Source: a virus. From it: a DNA stretch of 64,000 nucleotides. Every line of letters begins with the position of its first letter. Position 1 is the first letter of the stretch. The DNA is taken from IMG/VR virus record IMGVR_UViG_3300045988_074841; one strand, 5' to 3'. Below, piece by piece: positions 62,391 to 64,000 of the stretch. The position numbers were made by a program, and so were the translations under genes. The notes under the pieces are model-generated. The model had not been told where the DNA came from. It searched no databases and was given only the letters and a program-made list of their open reading frames with translations.

Positions 62391-63534
62391 ATCTAATAGT
62401 TTCTTTAATAAAAGTATCTATTTCATCATTATTGAATTTATCATGTAAATCAGCAAAATCTTTACACTCATAATTCTCAAGTCCAAATTCTCCACGAGTA
62501 ATAAAAAGATAAGGAATGCCATAAGTTTCCAAAAGATAATCAGCACCATCACGTCCAGTCCTATCAAAATCTAGAAGACTAACAATCATACCTTCATTAT
62601 TAAGTCTTTTTCTAAGCCAAGTATATTCATTAGCTTTAAGTCTATAATTTTCACTAGGAAGATTAACAACTCCAATATTAAGAGTTTTTCCATCCGCCCC
62701 GTAGAAGATATGTTTGCTTAGATGACTACCTAAACTTAATCTATCTTTACTAGACTTAGTTATAATAATATAATCATAATCTTCTCTTTCTAGATTAGGA
62801 AGACCTTCAAGTACATTACAATTAGTTACAAACTTTAATTCCTTAGTTCTATCACGTAATGGAAAATATAGTTTAATAAGATATACTCCAGATTTATTAC
62901 GACCAAGCATATAAGCATAACAAGGGTCATTTTTAGCATCTTTATATTTAGGAGTAGGATTAGTTACTCTATCAATATAATATTGTTCAACTGGAATAAC
63001 AAAATGAGTATTAAGATAATTCAAATCTACATTTAATTTAGCCCATATAGCTTTATCTTGACGATTCCAACTACGAGGAACAATTTCAATAATAGCTTTT
63101 TTCTTACGAGCTTTAACGAGAGCATTCTTTATAGATTCGTCTACATCATAATCATTAATACGATTATCTATTTGATATGAAAACGTTCTATAAATATGAC
63201 TTAGTACAAAATAAAAATCTTGTTTATTATTTGTACTAATCGGTCTTTCATATACAATACTTAGTACGTAAGCTACTACACCATACACATCATTAAAAAA
63301 ACCAGCACCGCCAAAATCACGAACTTTAAGTCTACCCTTGGCATTGTATGCAATACCCATACTACCATCAGTATCATCATCACGAAATACAGAAGTAATA
63401 AGATGATTATGTTCAACACAATCTCTAACTACTTCTAATGGTATATCTAAGTATTTACTTACAATTTCTTCTTGACTTACTCTAGATTCTATAAAAGCTT
63501 TTGTAAGTTTACTTGTGTTAGCATTACGTTTCAT
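62308..63534 (-). CDS. DNA primase, toprim-domain (DnaG-like)
   Basis: Toprim signatures: acidic NVLEG ... IIITKSSKD ... SLLDFDRTGRDGADYL (DxD + GRD); one GC-rich element copy in-frame (IFYGADG). Confidence 0.6.
   Translation of the reverse strand: MKRNANTSKLTKAFIESRVSQEEIVSKYLDIPLEVVRDCVEHNHLITSVFRDDDTDGSMGIAYNAKGRLKVRDFGGAGFFNDVYGVVAYVLSIVYERPISTNNKQDFYFVLSHIYRTFSYQIDNRINDYDVDESIKNALVKARKKKAIIEIVPRSWNRQDKAIWAKLNVDLNYLNTHFVIPVEQYYIDRVTNPTPKYKDAKNDPCYAYMLGRNKSGVYLIKLYFPLRDRTKELKFVTNCNVLEGLPNLEREDYDYIIITKSSKDRLSLGSHLSKHIFYGADGKTLNIGVVNLPSENYRLKANEYTWLRKRLNNEGMIVSLLDFDRTGRDGADYLLETYGIPYLFITRGEFGLENYECKDFADLHDKFNNDEIDTFIKETIRYVEIRYRKDKSNTDAYFKRLSDCDLPY
62694..62707 (+). repeat. GC-rich element copy (CCGCCCCGTAGAAGATATG) inside (-)-strand primase gene
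   Basis: seen in sequence. Confidence 0.8.
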
Positions 63535-63544
63535 ATTGATAAAA

Positions 63545-63590
63545 AATTAGGGGCAACAACAGTATTACTACCATCGTTACCCCTTAGAAC
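63545..63590 (-). terminator. (-)-strand terminator between ssb and primase (CTAAGGGGTAAC/GTTGCCCCTAA + TTTTTT)
   Basis: Minus-strand read: ctaaggggtaacgatggtagtaatactgttgttgcccctaatttttt. Confidence 0.6.
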
Positions 63591-63644
63591 ATTAAACTTT
63601 AGTTGAGAATAAGTAGGCAAAGAGATAACTCTTCACTTGTCTAC

Positions 63645-64000
63645 TTAGAATGGAAGGTCATCTGTAGCAGTTGGATCAAATCCGGCACCAGTAGGAGCAC
63701 CACCAGCAAACTCACCACCAACAGGAGGAACTACAGCACCACTAGTCATACCAGGCATACCAGGAATACCAGGAACACCAACAGTAGGAGTCTTATTAGT
63801 CTGCTTAGGAGTAATACTTTCCTTAACCTTATCGATAGCAAGAATAACAGGAGGAAGAATCTTTCCTTCCTTCATCTTAACTAGCTCAATAGCACCAGAA
63901 CCAACAAATGAAGTAAACTGCAAATCTTTGCTCTTATCAACATCTACCCAATCACCTTTACGATTACGAGTAGCACGAAGCAACTTAATCCAACAAGAAA
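63645..64000 (-). CDS. ssb: Single-stranded DNA-binding protein, 3' part (gene continues beyond window end)
   Basis: C-terminal Gly/Pro-rich tail ending in acidic tip ...TATDDLPF (cf. SSB DDDIPF); frame stays open upstream of the TTG at 63983 to the window edge. Confidence 0.6.
   Translation of the reverse strand, partial: SCWIKLLRATRNRKGDWVDVDKSKDLQFTSFVGSGAIELVKMKEGKILPPVILAIDKVKESITPKQTNKTPTVGVPGIPGMPGMTSGAVVPPVGGEFAGGAPTGAGFDPTATDDLPF

Noticed and set aside
63603-63884. 93-aa (+)-strand ORF overlapping the ssb 3' region
   Set aside because: It is antisense to a well-supported SSB C-terminal tail (…DDLPF) and gives a Ser/Thr/Arg-rich low-complexity product.
1-64000. CRISPR arrays, integrase/attachment sites, or other lysogeny or host-chromosome features
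   Set aside because: No regularly spaced direct repeats with unique spacers, no tyrosine or serine recombinase motifs, and no host-like genes were seen. The whole window is phage-like.

Overview
This AT-rich (~30% GC) 64-kb window looks like a crAss-like (Crassvirales-type) phage genome segment from a Bacteroidales-type host. There is no BLAST or HMM support here, so all calls rest on motifs read directly from the translations. Positions 1-49174 hold a (+)-strand late/virion block, organised into terminator-delimited operons and including an early moron-like unit at 4109-4531. Further in are a tail fibre/spike with a C-terminal intramolecular-chaperone (peptidase S74-like) domain and five very large proteins of 1467, 906, 630, 2357 and 4457 aa. 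The 4457-aa protein carries a DFDID aspartate triad, the kind expected of a virion-packaged RNA polymerase of crAss-like phages. The 2357-aa protein carries an HExxH motif. The two blocks converge on a ~850-bp non-coding zone (49175-50019) that holds stacked terminators and a tRNA-Gln(UUG). Positions 50020-64000 hold a tightly packed (-)-strand replication/nucleotide-metabolism block: toprim primase, SSB (partial, runs off the window), ATP-dependent DNA ligase, ThyX, dUTPase, DUF932-like, Gp157-like, DUF1599-like, a thioredoxin-fold protein and a lipoprotein. The most unusual signal is a GC-rich ~19-21-nt element (core CCGCCCCGTAGAAG, extended CCGCCCCGTARAAGRTRTG) present in at least 21 copies. 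It occurs as inverted pairs forming composite hairpin terminators, as solitary intergenic copies, and as solitary in-frame copies inside giant structural genes and the primase gene. An internal duplication in the 906-aa gene exists with and without a precise 21-nt copy of the element, which points to insertional behaviour. Other observations include GC3-rich patches with atypical codon usage inside giant genes, a frameshifted paralogue of a small gene, structured regulatory regions and several unannotated small ORFs.
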